From contig OY969706.1 of assembly GCA_963702095.1 (NCBI GenBank), forward strand, positions 1,120,001 through 1,184,000: DNA of 64,000 nucleotides, in the 5' to 3' direction. Shown in pieces: positions 1 to 9,774 of the stretch. Position numbers and translations under genes: made by a program. Below the pieces are notes generated by a model that did not search any database, had not been told where the DNA came from, and saw only the letters and a program-made list of their open reading frames with translations. The DNA comes from Candidatus Bathyarchaeota archaeon. Its GTDB lineage: Archaea > Thermoproteota > Bathyarchaeia > Bathyarchaeales > Bathycorpusculaceae. Position 1 is the stretch's first letter; each line of letters starts with the position of its first letter.

Positions 1-237
1 TGGCTTGTCTTTTAAGCTGTAGCCATCCATCATCATGCCCTTGAAGATAAGCGGCAAGTTCGCGGAGAAATGCACGACTTCTTCGATGGGCAATCGGTCG
101 CGGATGCTCTGCAACACGGCTTTGGTGGCTTGGTAGGTTTTGTCGCGGCTCTCCCAACCCAAGACAGCTTGGATTTCATCCATGATTTCAAGGGTGTTGG
201 ATATGGCTCGGTCAAGCGCCACAATACTTGTTGACAT
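1..237 (-). CDS. DUF2267 family protein (runs off window edge)
   Basis: Manual translation from ATG at 237: MSTSIVALDRAISNTLEIMDEIQAVLGWESRDKTYQATKAVLQSIRDRLPIEEVVHFSANLPLIFKGMMMDGY; matches the remembered DUF2267 pattern. A different frame from the ORF-track 33..248. Confidence 0.8.
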   Translation of the reverse strand, partial: MSTSIVALDRAISNTLEIMDEIQAVLGWESRDKTYQATKAVLQSIRDRLPIEEVVHFSANLPLIFKGMMMDGYSLKDKP

Positions 238-300
238 AAAATTCCCATCCCATGCTGGGAGGTGGGCGGGGTTTAAAGGTTTGTTGGCGTTGCAAAGAAG

Positions 301-1239
301 TTACATTTTTGCAATGTGCCTCTTCATAGGAGCACTACCGCCAACAAGGAAACTGCTACAAGCAAAGGCAGAGCGAGGGCAAAAAATTCTGGAGTGATTG
401 GAGATGAGGTAGATTCTGGCACAATCGAGAAACAAACGATACTTCTTTGTCCTAAGAACCAATCCTGAAGCAAACATAGCTGTAATTAGCAATACAATAG
501 CTAATACTGATGGGAACTCAGGCAACTGTCTGTTAAATGAAAACGCTACAACAAGATCACCTAACAGGGGTTTGCCAAACTCAGAAAATTGTTCAATAGA
601 TATTATCTGGCTGGAATTAGTCTTCGTTAAATTGTAAATTGCCGGGTTCCATTTTGTGTCTGTCTCTGTGTTATATACTCGCAAGTCTGTGAAATTAGTG
701 CTCATCTGTATGTTGAAATAAGCTGTTGTGTTAGGGCTTTGTTCAGATAGGTAAGGGCTTACGTTGAGGTCATATAGGAAAATATACGAACCATTGACTT
801 CTTGAAGTGGATGCTCGTAATGAATTCTTAGCTCAAAATTGTTTGATGCAGTTCTTATGTTGCTGGAAATCATTCCCCAGTCACCAAATGCGGTGTGGTG
901 TAACTCCCAAGGATAATATTCAGCAAGATTACTCCAATTAATTTGCTCATCATTCAAACTGACGCTTATGTTAGTGGTGTTTGGGGGCACAGGGTACACT
1001 ATTGGCAAATCACCAGTGAAATTTCCCTGAAGATAGATTGGGTAATATCCATCAATAATGGCCCATAAGGTGCCATTTAGTTCTGTTATTGTATAGTTAA
1101 CGTATTCTTCTGGCATGGAGAGATTAGGTATATAGCCCTCTGAGTTAGCAGTTGTTGGTTTTATAAATATTGGACTTAGGGTTGAGATGGCTACAATTAG
1201 AATCAGAACTAAAGCCAAACCTTTACCTAAGCTACCCAT
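301..1239 (-). CDS. Exported surface protein with C-terminal PEF-type motif, TM helix and basic tail
   Basis: Signal peptide, many N-x-S/T sequons, LPEFPS followed by hydrophobic helix and RTKKYR. Confidence 0.8.
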   Translation of the reverse strand: MGSLGKGLALVLILIVAISTLSPIFIKPTTANSEGYIPNLSMPEEYVNYTITELNGTLWAIIDGYYPIYLQGNFTGDLPIVYPVPPNTTNISVSLNDEQINWSNLAEYYPWELHHTAFGDWGMISSNIRTASNNFELRIHYEHPLQEVNGSYIFLYDLNVSPYLSEQSPNTTAYFNIQMSTNFTDLRVYNTETDTKWNPAIYNLTKTNSSQIISIEQFSEFGKPLLGDLVVAFSFNRQLPEFPSVLAIVLLITAMFASGLVLRTKKYRLFLDCARIYLISNHSRIFCPRSAFACSSFLVGGSAPMKRHIAKM

Positions 1240-1260
1240 ACTTTCTATTGGCCATTGTTT

Positions 1261-1313
1261 GGATAAAAGGTTTACAGTAAACTGTATTTGACTAAGTTAA
1301 GAAGTTTCTTGAC
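1261..1313 (-). promoter_or_regulatory. TATA-like box with upstream GTCAA palindromic motif
   Basis: On coding strand, CTTAGTCAA is followed 21 nt later by TTAT; imperfect palindrome GTTAAGAAGTTTCTTGAC at 1296-1313. Confidence 0.55.
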
Positions 1314-1323
1314 CCTATGTCTG

Positions 1324-3074
1324 CTACTGGGAGACTCTCCGATGCCTCCTGTAGAGCACTAAAGAAATCGCGAGGATTACAACCACAATGGCAGCAACGA
1401 CAAGTGTCATGGCAAAATATGGCGTGGTTACATATGTTCCTCCTTGCTTATCCGTCTGGTCTACTGAGAAAGTTATTTGCTGAGACAGGGCATTTCCATA
1501 GTTATCATTAGTAAAGATAGTCAACGTGTGGTTACCCGCCGCCAAATCGCTAAGGGTAGTATTTCCTGTGAAAGTTACCTCGCCTTTGTCATCTAAACGG
1601 TAGGTAATAGAGTACGGTTCAATAACTGTCAAGTTCAACGGTAAACTGGTACCTGCTACCGCGGCGTTTTGGGGCGAATTTATGCTTAGAATCTGTGAAC
1701 CCCATGGATACATTAACGGAGAGGAATCAAAATGCGTGTTATAATCAAACGGGATGTGGGTTCCCATGTAGGTTTTCCCAATTTTGTAATCCTGAATAGT
1801 GTAAGCTGAGTCCCCGATACCGTCCTTGTTTAAGTCAGAGCCATTGTAATTGCTCCAATAATTTGAGTTGCAACTTTTGACGCTTCCGTCGTCAATGGTT
1901 GCTTGCCCTAAAATGATGTCTTGAACCATAGCTTCGGGGGCTTGGGTTTGATTAATTCGGGCTCTGCCGTTAAGTACAAAATTGTTTTTCATGAAGATAT
2001 TATCTGAACCGCACTGAACATCTAGACCACCTTGACCATTTCCAACCAAGCTATTTTCTGAAACTGAAACGCCGGCACAGTCAAAAAGCTCGATTCCATT
2101 TTCCTCGTTATTCATAATATTGTTTCGATAAATTTCATTATAATCAGCTTCATACAACATTACGCCGTTCAGTGCGTTTTCCATTATTATGTTGTCGCTA
2201 ATCTGATTGTAATAACATGGGATGCCTGGATAGCTTCTAAGGACCAAACCACACGAATTGTTTGTTAGTTGGTTCTCGATTACCTGAGAGTAGACGGTTT
2301 GGTCTAGAAGTATGCCTGGTTCATTATTGCTTATCTTTAGTCCTTTCACCGTTATGTTGCTGCAATCCACTAAACCCACGAACCCAGCGTTTGACGGAAC
2401 CACTTTGTCATGTTCGTTTACCCAGTAAATAATGGGTTTGCCATCAACAAGGTTCGACGGGTCAATGCTGTTTACAAAACTGTTAGTGAGCTCCCAACTG
2501 AAACGCAAGTTGTACATGTTATTGCTTAAACGATTGCTCATAAGAGTATGGCGGAAGAGGTTGAGAACGAAATACCGTATGTTCCGTTTTGTATTGTGTT
2601 GTTATCAATGGTGTTACTGTATGTGAACAATCCGAGCGAAATACCTATTCTGTTATCAACGAGAGTATTGCCGCTAACTATATTGTTATGGAATGACGCT
2701 TGCTCCACCGTGCTATTCCACGTTAATTCGATCGCACGAGAAAAATTTTGGACATCAAAATTCTTCACTGTAACGTAGCACACCCCTTGCAGAAAAACAC
2801 TGGTAGAGGTACCATCTCCAGTTAGTGTATGGTTGGCGCCCTCAAGGATTATATTGTTACGCTGAACCACTATAGTTTGCTGCAAATCGTCAAGCAAGGT
2901 ATAATCCTACCCGTGCCTCTTGATTTTATCCGTCCCAACCACGCTGCCATCGCTTGTTATTTGAATACCTGTGGGAGTGGGCGGTGGAAAAAAGTTGCCG
3001 TAAACGGGACCGGCAAGGAAAGTTTCTGTAATCAGGCAAGTTATTAACAGAAGTGAAGGAACGGTTTTTCTCAT
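1324..3074 (-). pseudogene. NosD/CASH parallel beta-helix surface protein, interrupted
   Basis: ATG 3074 (MRKTVPSLLLITCL signal), in-frame TAG at 2909-2907, continues in 2538..2897, single-base frameshift near 2550 into 1324..2541. Beta-helix repeats, NYWSNYNGSDLNKDGIGD motif, Ig-like domain, C-terminal TM + RRHRR. Confidence 0.75.
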
Positions 3075-3099
3075 ATGCCAATATCGGAAGCGATTGAAA

Positions 3100-3148
3100 T
3101 ATAAGCGTTCTCATCAAGGCTTCTTGACCAAGCTAGTCAAACTTTGAC
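3100..3148 (-). promoter_or_regulatory. BRE/TATA with GTCAA palindromic motifs
   Basis: CTTATA box; ATCAAGGCTTCTTGAC and GTCAAACTTTGAC inverted repeats immediately upstream. Confidence 0.55.
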
Positions 3149-3194
3149 AGCCAAAGGACTAGAGGGTAGGGTACACCTAGCTGTTTGAAAAAGT

Positions 3195-4139
3195 CTAATT
3201 TCTCAAATTACTGGTTTTTCTATGCCTTCTGTAAACAGCTATTCCCAATGCCGCAATCACCACAGACAAGACTGCGGTAACAGCTACAAAAATCAAAATA
3301 GGAAAAGGCTCTGCAACATTGAAAGTAACGGTGTCTGAGGCGCCGACGTTTCCAGTAACATCCCAAGCATAAACAGTAATGTTGTGTTTGCCAGCAGGCA
3401 AGTCTGTAAGAGCAGTGTGGGTAGTGTTTCCAGCAAGCGTCATATTATCCTGATTATCTAAATTGTATGCGATTCGGGAAGAAGGTTGGTTTACGACTAA
3501 ATCTAAGATAACGCCTGACGAATAGAATGGTGCATTTTCCACTGAGAGTGTAATTGTGGGCGGTAGCGACATGTCAAAAGATACCATCTCAGAAGAGCCC
3601 GAAAATGAAATATTCGTTTCCCCGTAAGAGTCTGGGCTATCAAGATATTTTTCAGGATCACGGTAAAAGAGAGTTGCACAATTTACGGTAACTGTTATGT
3701 TATGTTTTCCCTCAGCCAAAGTCAGATTTACTGAATAACTGGTTGAGGCTGCAGGCTTATCTCGAAAGTGCATGAAAGTGCGCACACCAAAGTTGTCTTC
3801 AAGCGGAACTTCTTGACTTTCAATCCCATCCAATGCATAGCGATATGAGACTAACTTGCCAATAGCCATCATCGTGTTAGGATTGTAGCTGAACATTGAG
3901 TAGGTAAACCATGTGTCTGGTTTGGTAACGGTAAAGTTTAGCACAGTTGCAGTTGAATTAACAGTCTGGTTTTGAAGCGGTGATTGTATAGTAACTATTG
4001 GCGGGGTTGTTACTGGTTCAGTTGGATACCACGTTAGATACAGAGGATTAGCTTTTGTTAAACCAACGAGAGTGGGATTAGCTAATGAGAGCAATAACAC
4101 CGCTAACAGAATTAGGAGGATGCCCTTTTTCTTGTGCAC
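3195..4139 (-). CDS. Exported surface protein with two Ig-like domains and C-terminal EPFP-TM anchor
   Basis: Signal peptide; two YxLD...LxxGKHNITV repeats; AEPFP + TM + YRRHRK. Confidence 0.85.
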   Translation of the reverse strand: MHKKKGILLILLAVLLLSLANPTLVGLTKANPLYLTWYPTEPVTTPPIVTIQSPLQNQTVNSTATVLNFTVTKPDTWFTYSMFSYNPNTMMAIGKLVSYRYALDGIESQEVPLEDNFGVRTFMHFRDKPAASTSYSVNLTLAEGKHNITVTVNCATLFYRDPEKYLDSPDSYGETNISFSGSSEMVSFDMSLPPTITLSVENAPFYSSGVILDLVVNQPSSRIAYNLDNQDNMTLAGNTTHTALTDLPAGKHNITVYAWDVTGNVGASDTVTFNVAEPFPILIFVAVTAVLSVVIAALGIAVYRRHRKTSNLRN

Positions 4140-4172
4140 GATCGCTATCGCCAGTTTGTGTTTTTGTATAGA

Positions 4173-4916
4173 CTAGCATAAGAGCTTTTTCGTTAAAGTT
4201 TTTTGACTAAGTGCGATTTTTTGATACCTAACTATCACAGCAATTAATAAGACGCTAAAAAGCAAAGGCACGACTGCCAACCAAGATAACTCTGGAGCGG
4301 TCGGAGATGGAGAAGGCGTGGCTTGGTCGTAGCTTATTGTTTGGGTGTTGCTCCACTCCCCTGCTGTGCCCTCAAAGTAGAAATCGTAGGTGGCGCCGCC
4401 AGGCAAAGCAATAGCGTGCCCGTAGGGTACAGCACGGTAGCCGCCGTACAAGCCTTGAACTTTAACGTCCATTGCTCCCTGCGTGATTTTGGGCAAAAAA
4501 GTCAACGCTATCACGGTTGAGGTGCCGTTTGAGGCGTGGCAGGGGACGTTGTAGCTATCATACTGGTTGTAGGCGCCTGTGGATTGTGGGTCTGATGGGA
4601 AATAATTCCAGTGGGTTTCGTAGTGTCCTTTGTAGGCAAAGTTATAGTATGATGCACCGTTGTTGGTGATTGTTGCCTCGACAGTTTCGTTTTCAACGCG
4701 GTAGCCAGGTATAGTGGTGGTTGTTGTGTTGCCAGTGTAGGGGTCGGTTGAGGTTATTGTGGCTGGTGCCACATTGTAAGAGTTATCCGCAACTGTTAAC
4801 TTGAATTCTGGGGCTGACTGTGCAGATGATTGGGCAAAGGTTGATTGAATGAGGAGCAGGCTTGAAGCTGCCAGGGCGACTGAGAGAAGCAAGGCTAAAC
4901 TCTTTGAGCGTTCCAT
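4173..4916 (-). CDS. Exported surface protein with APEL-TM C-terminal anchor
   Basis: Signal peptide; SPSPTAPELSWLAVVPLL TM + basic residues. Confidence 0.85.
   Translation of the reverse strand: MERSKSLALLLSVALAASSLLLIQSTFAQSSAQSAPEFKLTVADNSYNVAPATITSTDPYTGNTTTTTIPGYRVENETVEATITNNGASYYNFAYKGHYETHWNYFPSDPQSTGAYNQYDSYNVPCHASNGTSTVIALTFLPKITQGAMDVKVQGLYGGYRAVPYGHAIALPGGATYDFYFEGTAGEWSNTQTISYDQATPSPSPTAPELSWLAVVPLLFSVLLIAVIVRYQKIALSQKTLTKKLLC
4178..4211 (-). promoter_or_regulatory. GTCAA motif and TATA-like box for 3195..4139, embedded in the 3' end of the upstream gene
   Basis: CTTAGTCAAAAAACTTTAAC, with TTAT 21 nt after GTCAA. Confidence 0.5.
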
Positions 4917-4940
4917 GCTTCCAGTTGGGCATAGTTTTTG

Positions 4941-4996
4941 ATAAAAAGTTTCCTGTATAGCTTTGTTGACTAAGCCTTGTCAAGGTTTCTTGACAA
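4941..4996 (-). promoter_or_regulatory. Palindrome TTGTCAAG-N4-CTTGACAA plus CTTAGTCAA and TATA-like box
   Basis: Perfect 8-bp arms at 4977-4996; GTCAA to TTAT spacing of 21 nt. Confidence 0.6.
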
Positions 4997-5069
4997 ACCC
5001 TCGCCGAGTAGAGGATTTTTATACCTATGTACCTCATTGTATTTAGTGGATTTCTAAGAGGATTCAATC

Positions 5070-5744
5070 ATGACTTACTTTTCTGACCGAGTAGAAGCGG
5101 GGAAACGTTTAGCCGCTGAACTCAAAGATTTCAGGGGAGAAAAAGGGATTGTTTTGGCGATTCCCCGCGGCGGAGTCATCGTAGGCTATGAAATTGCGCA
5201 GGCACTCAATCTGCCACTTGACATCATTATTCCCCATAAACTCGGCGCACCCGACAATCCCGAATTAGCCATCGGCGCCATCGCAGAAGACGGCACGGCA
5301 ATTCTTGACCAAAACCTCATTGCCTACATGGGAGTCAGCCGCGAATACATCGCCGAGGAAAGCGAACGGCAAAAAAAAGAGATACAGCGCAGGCTTAACC
5401 TTTACAGGCAAGGCGCGGAGGAACCCAACCTCAAAGGGCAAGACGTCATCGTCGCCGACGACGGCATAGCCACAGGCTCTACCATGAAAGCCGCATTGGC
5501 TTCGCTTAAAAACCGTGGCGCCGCCACCATAACCGTCGCTGTCCCAGTCGGTCCCTCCTCAACCATAGAGGAACTCAAACGCCTTGCCGACCGAGTGATC
5601 TGCCCCTACACGCCCGAGTACTTCCAAGCTATCGGACAATTCTACAGCAACTTCACGCAGACCACTGACGAAGAAGTCATCGAACTCCTAAAAATGAACA
5701 GGCAGAATAAGGTTTCAACTCAGAAGGGGGTGGTTGCATTATGA
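5070..5744 (+). CDS. Phosphoribosyltransferase family protein
   Basis: LAIPRGG and VIVADDGIATGST PRPP-binding motif. Confidence 0.9.
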   Translation: MTYFSDRVEAGKRLAAELKDFRGEKGIVLAIPRGGVIVGYEIAQALNLPLDIIIPHKLGAPDNPELAIGAIAEDGTAILDQNLIAYMGVSREYIAEESERQKKEIQRRLNLYRQGAEEPNLKGQDVIVADDGIATGSTMKAALASLKNRGAATITVAVPVGPSSTIEELKRLADRVICPYTPEYFQAIGQFYSNFTQTTDEEVIELLKMNRQNKVSTQKGVVAL

Positions 5745-6391
5745 CCAGTATGGAATCAGCCATAAAAATTCCCGTAGGCAACGTCGAAGTTGAGGGCACC
5801 CTGTTTTTGCCTTCAGGCACGGGGGGCGTAGTGGTGTTTGCACATGGCAGCGGCAGCAGCCGTTTTAGCCCACGCAATCAGTATGTCGCCAAAGAATTCA
5901 ACCTGGCAGGCATGGGCACGTTGCTGTTTGATTTACTAACTCCCGGCGAAGAAGAGGAAGACGAGTTGACCGCTGAATACCGCTTCAACATACCGTTGCT
6001 GGCAGCACGGTTAGTTGGCACAACGCAGTGGCTGCGAAATGACCCTTCGACTCGCAATTTGAAGTTAGGCTACTTTGGCGCATCCACTGGTGCGGCTGCG
6101 GCTTTGATTGCGGCGGCGAAACTGCCCGATGAAGTTTCAGCGGTGGTTTCCCGCGGTGGACGACCCGACTTGGCAGGCGAATACTTGGCTGATGTTAGGG
6201 CGCCGACGCTGATGTTGGTCGGCGGATACGATGAAGAAGTCATTGAACTCAACAAGAAAGCCCAAAACCAAATGACTAACGAAAACAAACTCGTCATTGT
6301 CCCTGCTGCAACGCACCTGTTTGAGGAGCCAGGCAAACTCGAAGAAGTCGCCAAATTCTCAACGGAGTGGTTCAAACGCTTCTTAAGCTAA
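5741..6391 (+). CDS. Dienelactone hydrolase family alpha/beta hydrolase
   Basis: FAHGSGSSRFSPRN, GYFGASTG, VSRGGRPDLA, THLFEE; usual partner of the PRTase. Confidence 0.9.
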   Translation: MTSMESAIKIPVGNVEVEGTLFLPSGTGGVVVFAHGSGSSRFSPRNQYVAKEFNLAGMGTLLFDLLTPGEEEEDELTAEYRFNIPLLAARLVGTTQWLRNDPSTRNLKLGYFGASTGAAAALIAAAKLPDEVSAVVSRGGRPDLAGEYLADVRAPTLMLVGGYDEEVIELNKKAQNQMTNENKLVIVPAATHLFEEPGKLEEVAKFSTEWFKRFLS

Positions 6392-6392
6392 T

Positions 6393-6821
6393 TTATTCTG
6401 CTTTGGGCTGCTGCATCATCCTAAAGAGGGCATAGTTCTCCGCGATTTCTGCGTCGTAGAGGAAACTAAAAGCTAAAACACTTTCCAAGGGCACGTTCAT
6501 GTAGATTTTTTCTCCGCTAATCCGCAGTGCATTGGGTTGGGCTGTTAAAATTATGTTTAAGACGTCGCCGACAACTAATTCGTCGCCGATTCGGTGACCG
6601 TCTTCAGATGCTTCGTCAAGCGGCACCGCGGTTTTCCATGCGTCCGCTCCAAAATCAATGATTACATAGGCGTGGCCCATCTGTACTATCGAGGACACTG
6701 TGATGGTAGGTATGCATTTTTGGCATTGTCCGACGACTTCGTTGAGTTCGTTTTGTTTGAGTGGGATGACAAGTATTTTGTGTTGAATACTGGATTGGTC
6801 TGTTACCGTAAAAAACTGCAT
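6393..6821 (-). CDS. Hypothetical protein
   Basis: 142 aa ORF filling the gap; no motif recognised. Confidence 0.55.
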   Translation of the reverse strand: MQFFTVTDQSSIQHKILVIPLKQNELNEVVGQCQKCIPTITVSSIVQMGHAYVIIDFGADAWKTAVPLDEASEDGHRIGDELVVGDVLNIILTAQPNALRISGEKIYMNVPLESVLAFSFLYDAEIAENYALFRMMQQPKAE

Positions 6822-6901
6822 AAAATCACAGTCTAGGATTCTTTTCTGTGGCTTTAACTTTTTCTGTTAAGCCAAACACAGCACTTTTCGGTGAAAAAGG
6901 A

Positions 6902-7654
6902 TTAGAATCTAATGTTCAAGGACTTTGAGAAGTAGCCAAACGGCATCTTCATGCGGTCGCCGAATACTCGTTTTAAAAGGTCAGTGTAGGCGCTGTTTTC
7001 ATCCATATGATACTTGTATTTTCCAGCGGTGGATTGTATTTCAACCTCGAAGTATTGCCGATTAGTGTTTTCGTTGTCGCCTTTGACTTGGACTTTGATT
7101 TGGCTTATTATATTGTTGCTTAATTCAAAGTTGCCCAGGGTCTCCGCAAGTATAGCCTGCGGATGCATCGTTAGGAATCTATCGGCATAGTTAGAGGCGC
7201 CTTTGATCTGCTGCGCCCACTGCCCAAAGAAGCCTTTGCCCTCTGCTTTAGCCTGCTCTTTGGCCTGCATAGCCGCTGCATTAAGCATCTCGCTTGTTAA
7301 CTGCGCGAAAATCAACCGTTGAGGAGTCAGTACTCCAGCATAAGAGTCGTATCTTCCCAGCGACTTAGGTTGCCTTAGAATTATGACGCCGATGATGGGT
7401 TCACCGCCAGTTTGAGTTGTCTGCGCCGCTGGCTGGGGTGGAGGAGGCACCTGAAAATTCGGGTTTATGTCGGGCGGAGGAGGAGGCGGTGGGTAAGGGG
7501 CTTGTGGCGGCGGGCAGTAGTTGGATTGGAATGAGGGGGTAGCGGGTGAAGTTCGGGTTGACGCGGGCGTTTGGGCGGCACCGCAATTACCACAGAATCT
7601 GGCGTTTGGCTGAATTTGCGACTTGCATTTACCACATTGAGGCATAGGAATCAT
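6902..7654 (-). CDS. Zinc-ribbon protein with Pro-rich linker and C-terminal (possibly PH-like) domain
   Basis: CGKC...ARFCGNCG; poly-Pro stretch; LTPQRLIFA. Confidence 0.8.
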   Translation of the reverse strand: MIPMPQCGKCKSQIQPNARFCGNCGAAQTPASTRTSPATPSFQSNYCPPPQAPYPPPPPPPDINPNFQVPPPPQPAAQTTQTGGEPIIGVIILRQPKSLGRYDSYAGVLTPQRLIFAQLTSEMLNAAAMQAKEQAKAEGKGFFGQWAQQIKGASNYADRFLTMHPQAILAETLGNFELSNNIISQIKVQVKGDNENTNRQYFEVEIQSTAGKYKYHMDENSAYTDLLKRVFGDRMKMPFGYFSKSLNIRF

Positions 7655-7788
7655 TGATGTATTGGTTTTTTAGCTAATAAATTTGGCTGCAAACATGTTT
7701 ATGCTCAGGTTGTGCTGTTGCGTTAACGCGAAATTTATATTATTAGTTTACCATTTTTATGTTAGAGCTGTTTTTAGAAGGTGATTTT

Positions 7789-7968
7789 TTGGCAAGAAAA
7801 AAAGGTGAACGATATGAATGTGAAGAATGCGGTCTTGTTGTGGTCGTTGAAAACCCCTGTGACTGCGACGAATCCTGCGAGTTAATCTGCTGTCAGGAAC
7901 CCATGAAACCAGCTAAATCCTCCGCTTCCAAGACATCTGAAAAAGCGCCTGAAAAAACCAAGAAGTAA
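7789..7968 (+). CDS. Small desulforedoxin-like Cys-rich metal-binding protein
   Basis: GGTGA RBS, TTG start; KKGERYECEECGLVVVV...LICCQEPM. Confidence 0.7.
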   Translation: MARKKGERYECEECGLVVVVENPCDCDESCELICCQEPMKPAKSSASKTSEKAPEKTKK

Positions 7969-8041
7969 ACAAAAAAAATCGCATTCCCACTTTCTTTTTT
8001 TCAGTTACCTCTCATTTAACAGTAGATTAAATGGGTTTTTG

Positions 8042-8170
8042 TTTTTTCTAGTGTTAGATGAAGGCATAGGCGCCCTTACTCTTCTTCTTCCTGTGGCTTT
8101 GGTGGGCGGCTGTGTTTTTTGTTCTGCAACGGTTTTGGGTTGCCGGCTGGTTGTGGAGCAAACCTCAAGC
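8042..8170 (-). repeat. Dispersed ~130 bp repeat family A, copy 1
   Basis: Reverse complement TTGAGGTTTGCTCCACAACCAGCCGGCAACCC...CATCTAACACTAGAAAAAA aligns with copies at 18578, 33651, 44098, 49668, 63154. Confidence 0.75.
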
Positions 8171-8327
8171 AGACAGCAAATATTTTGGTTGCTGATAATA
8201 GAAAAGACCCGCCGAAAAGTAAGCTTGCGACCAAGCCTAAACATGTTTGCGCAGTAAAAACTCCGTGGAAAAGGCACACCTATAAATGGGTGAAAAACAA
8301 TCATTGCCTATCCAAAAGCGGATAAAC

Positions 8328-8651
8328 ATGACTGAACAACCAAACAACCAACCTCAAACTCAAAAACTTTTAATCGATAACCCCGTGAACTTCCAGTTCC
8401 ACGCTGCATACCTCGTCTATGAAGAAGCATTCGACAAGGCACGTGACGAGCAAGCGAGAACTGAATTAAACCAAAACATCCAAAACCTCTACGAAAGCAA
8501 AATCAGCCCAGAAACCTTCTACATGAACGTTTCACGCTTCAGAAAGATTGATGCTCCTCGCCAAGAACGCTTCTCCATGCAGACACAGCGCAAGAGAGAT
8601 TGGCGCAAGAAGGAACAGCGTCAAGACAGAATCAAACGCCACAAGAAATAG
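8328..8651 (+). CDS. Hypothetical protein with basic C-terminus
   Basis: ORF with upstream TATA-like TATAAA; helical, Arg/Lys-rich tail. Confidence 0.65.
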   Translation: MTEQPNNQPQTQKLLIDNPVNFQFHAAYLVYEEAFDKARDEQARTELNQNIQNLYESKISPETFYMNVSRFRKIDAPRQERFSMQTQRKRDWRKKEQRQDRIKRHKK

Positions 8652-9546
8652 GCCGTTTGCCTTTCGGGTCTTTTTGGACATATTCGAGCGCTTTTAGGGC
8701 GCTTACCTCTTTATCTTTAATTTCAAGCATCAAGTCAAAGTCATAGGGCTTAGTGTTTTCCAGGAAATCGCCGAAATCAGCTAAATCGATGGTCTCTGCA
8801 TGTTGCCCAACCCTTCCCTTGGGCTTCTGTGAGCTGTAGTCCACCATGGGAACCCCATCTTTCTTTGGCTCCCAAGACTTGCTTATCAGTGAAAAAGAGT
8901 CATGGCTGCTCTCTGCGCTGTGGTTTAGTCTATGATGGAATACGTCGAAGAGCACAGGGATCCGTGTTTCAGCGGAAATCGCCAAGCAATCATCGATGTC
9001 GTAGAGTCTTTCGTCGTTCTCAATCACAAGCCGCTGTTTAACTGCTTCTTCTAGTTCCCCAAACCTGCGGATAAAAAGTGCCATGCTTTTAGGCTTGTCT
9101 CCATAAGCGCCGCCCACATGGATTTGGATTTTAGCCGAGGAATCAAGCCTCATCGCATTGAGCAGTTGGGCATGGTAGTTAAGTTCTTTTTTGCTGCGCC
9201 TAAAGGTTTCGTCGCTGATGGAGTTGATTAGGGTAAACTGGTCAGGATGAACTGATATTCTTATGCCATTTCGTGCGATGTAGTCGCCGAGGGTTTCGAA
9301 TTTTCCTCTGTAGTGTTCTTGCCAGTCGAAAGTGTTGATTGGGTGGGACGCGAAGGGAATGATGCCTGATGGGATCCTGAAAAAAAGCAATTGATGCTCA
9401 ACGTTGAATTCCAAGATTTTTTGAAGGCAGGTCAGGTTGCTTTTGATTGTTTCTTTTAGGCGTTCTTCAGAGTAAGATTTTAAGCGAAAAGTTCGGGCGC
9501 TTATGCATCCTACGCTGCTGTTGATGCATGGGTAACCAATTTTCAC
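8632..9546 (-). CDS. uvsE: UV damage endonuclease
   Basis: MKIGYPCIN, FFRI, HPDQF, IQIHVGG, IENDE, FDVFHH, MLEIKDKE. Confidence 0.95.
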   Translation of the reverse strand: MKIGYPCINSSVGCISARTFRLKSYSEERLKETIKSNLTCLQKILEFNVEHQLLFFRIPSGIIPFASHPINTFDWQEHYRGKFETLGDYIARNGIRISVHPDQFTLINSISDETFRRSKKELNYHAQLLNAMRLDSSAKIQIHVGGAYGDKPKSMALFIRRFGELEEAVKQRLVIENDERLYDIDDCLAISAETRIPVLFDVFHHRLNHSAESSHDSFSLISKSWEPKKDGVPMVDYSSQKPKGRVGQHAETIDLADFGDFLENTKPYDFDLMLEIKDKEVSALKALEYVQKDPKGKRPISCGV

Positions 9547-9774
9547 AAAATCTCAACCTTCAAAAACATTCCAATTCAACATACCCTCTGATAGCATAAA
9601 AATCTATTACGGCCTTTTGGGTGCTTTCTGCATTGTTTGCTAAAACACTGGGAAAATAGGCGCAGAAACCAGCTAAGGCTATATTCTGTTTAATCGTGTT
9701 TAAACGTTATATACGGAATGCTTAAACGTGCCATTTTGTCACAAAGGTTAATCTAAAATCCAAAGGGATAACAA

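Noticed and set aside
33-248. ORF-track 71 aa protein
   Set aside because: Wrong frame; the DUF2267-like frame starts at 237 and runs off the window.
301-4996. Classical integron interpretation of the surface-gene array
   Set aside because: No integron integrase in the window, no RYYYAAC/GTTRRRY-bounded attC sites, and the genes carry their own promoters.
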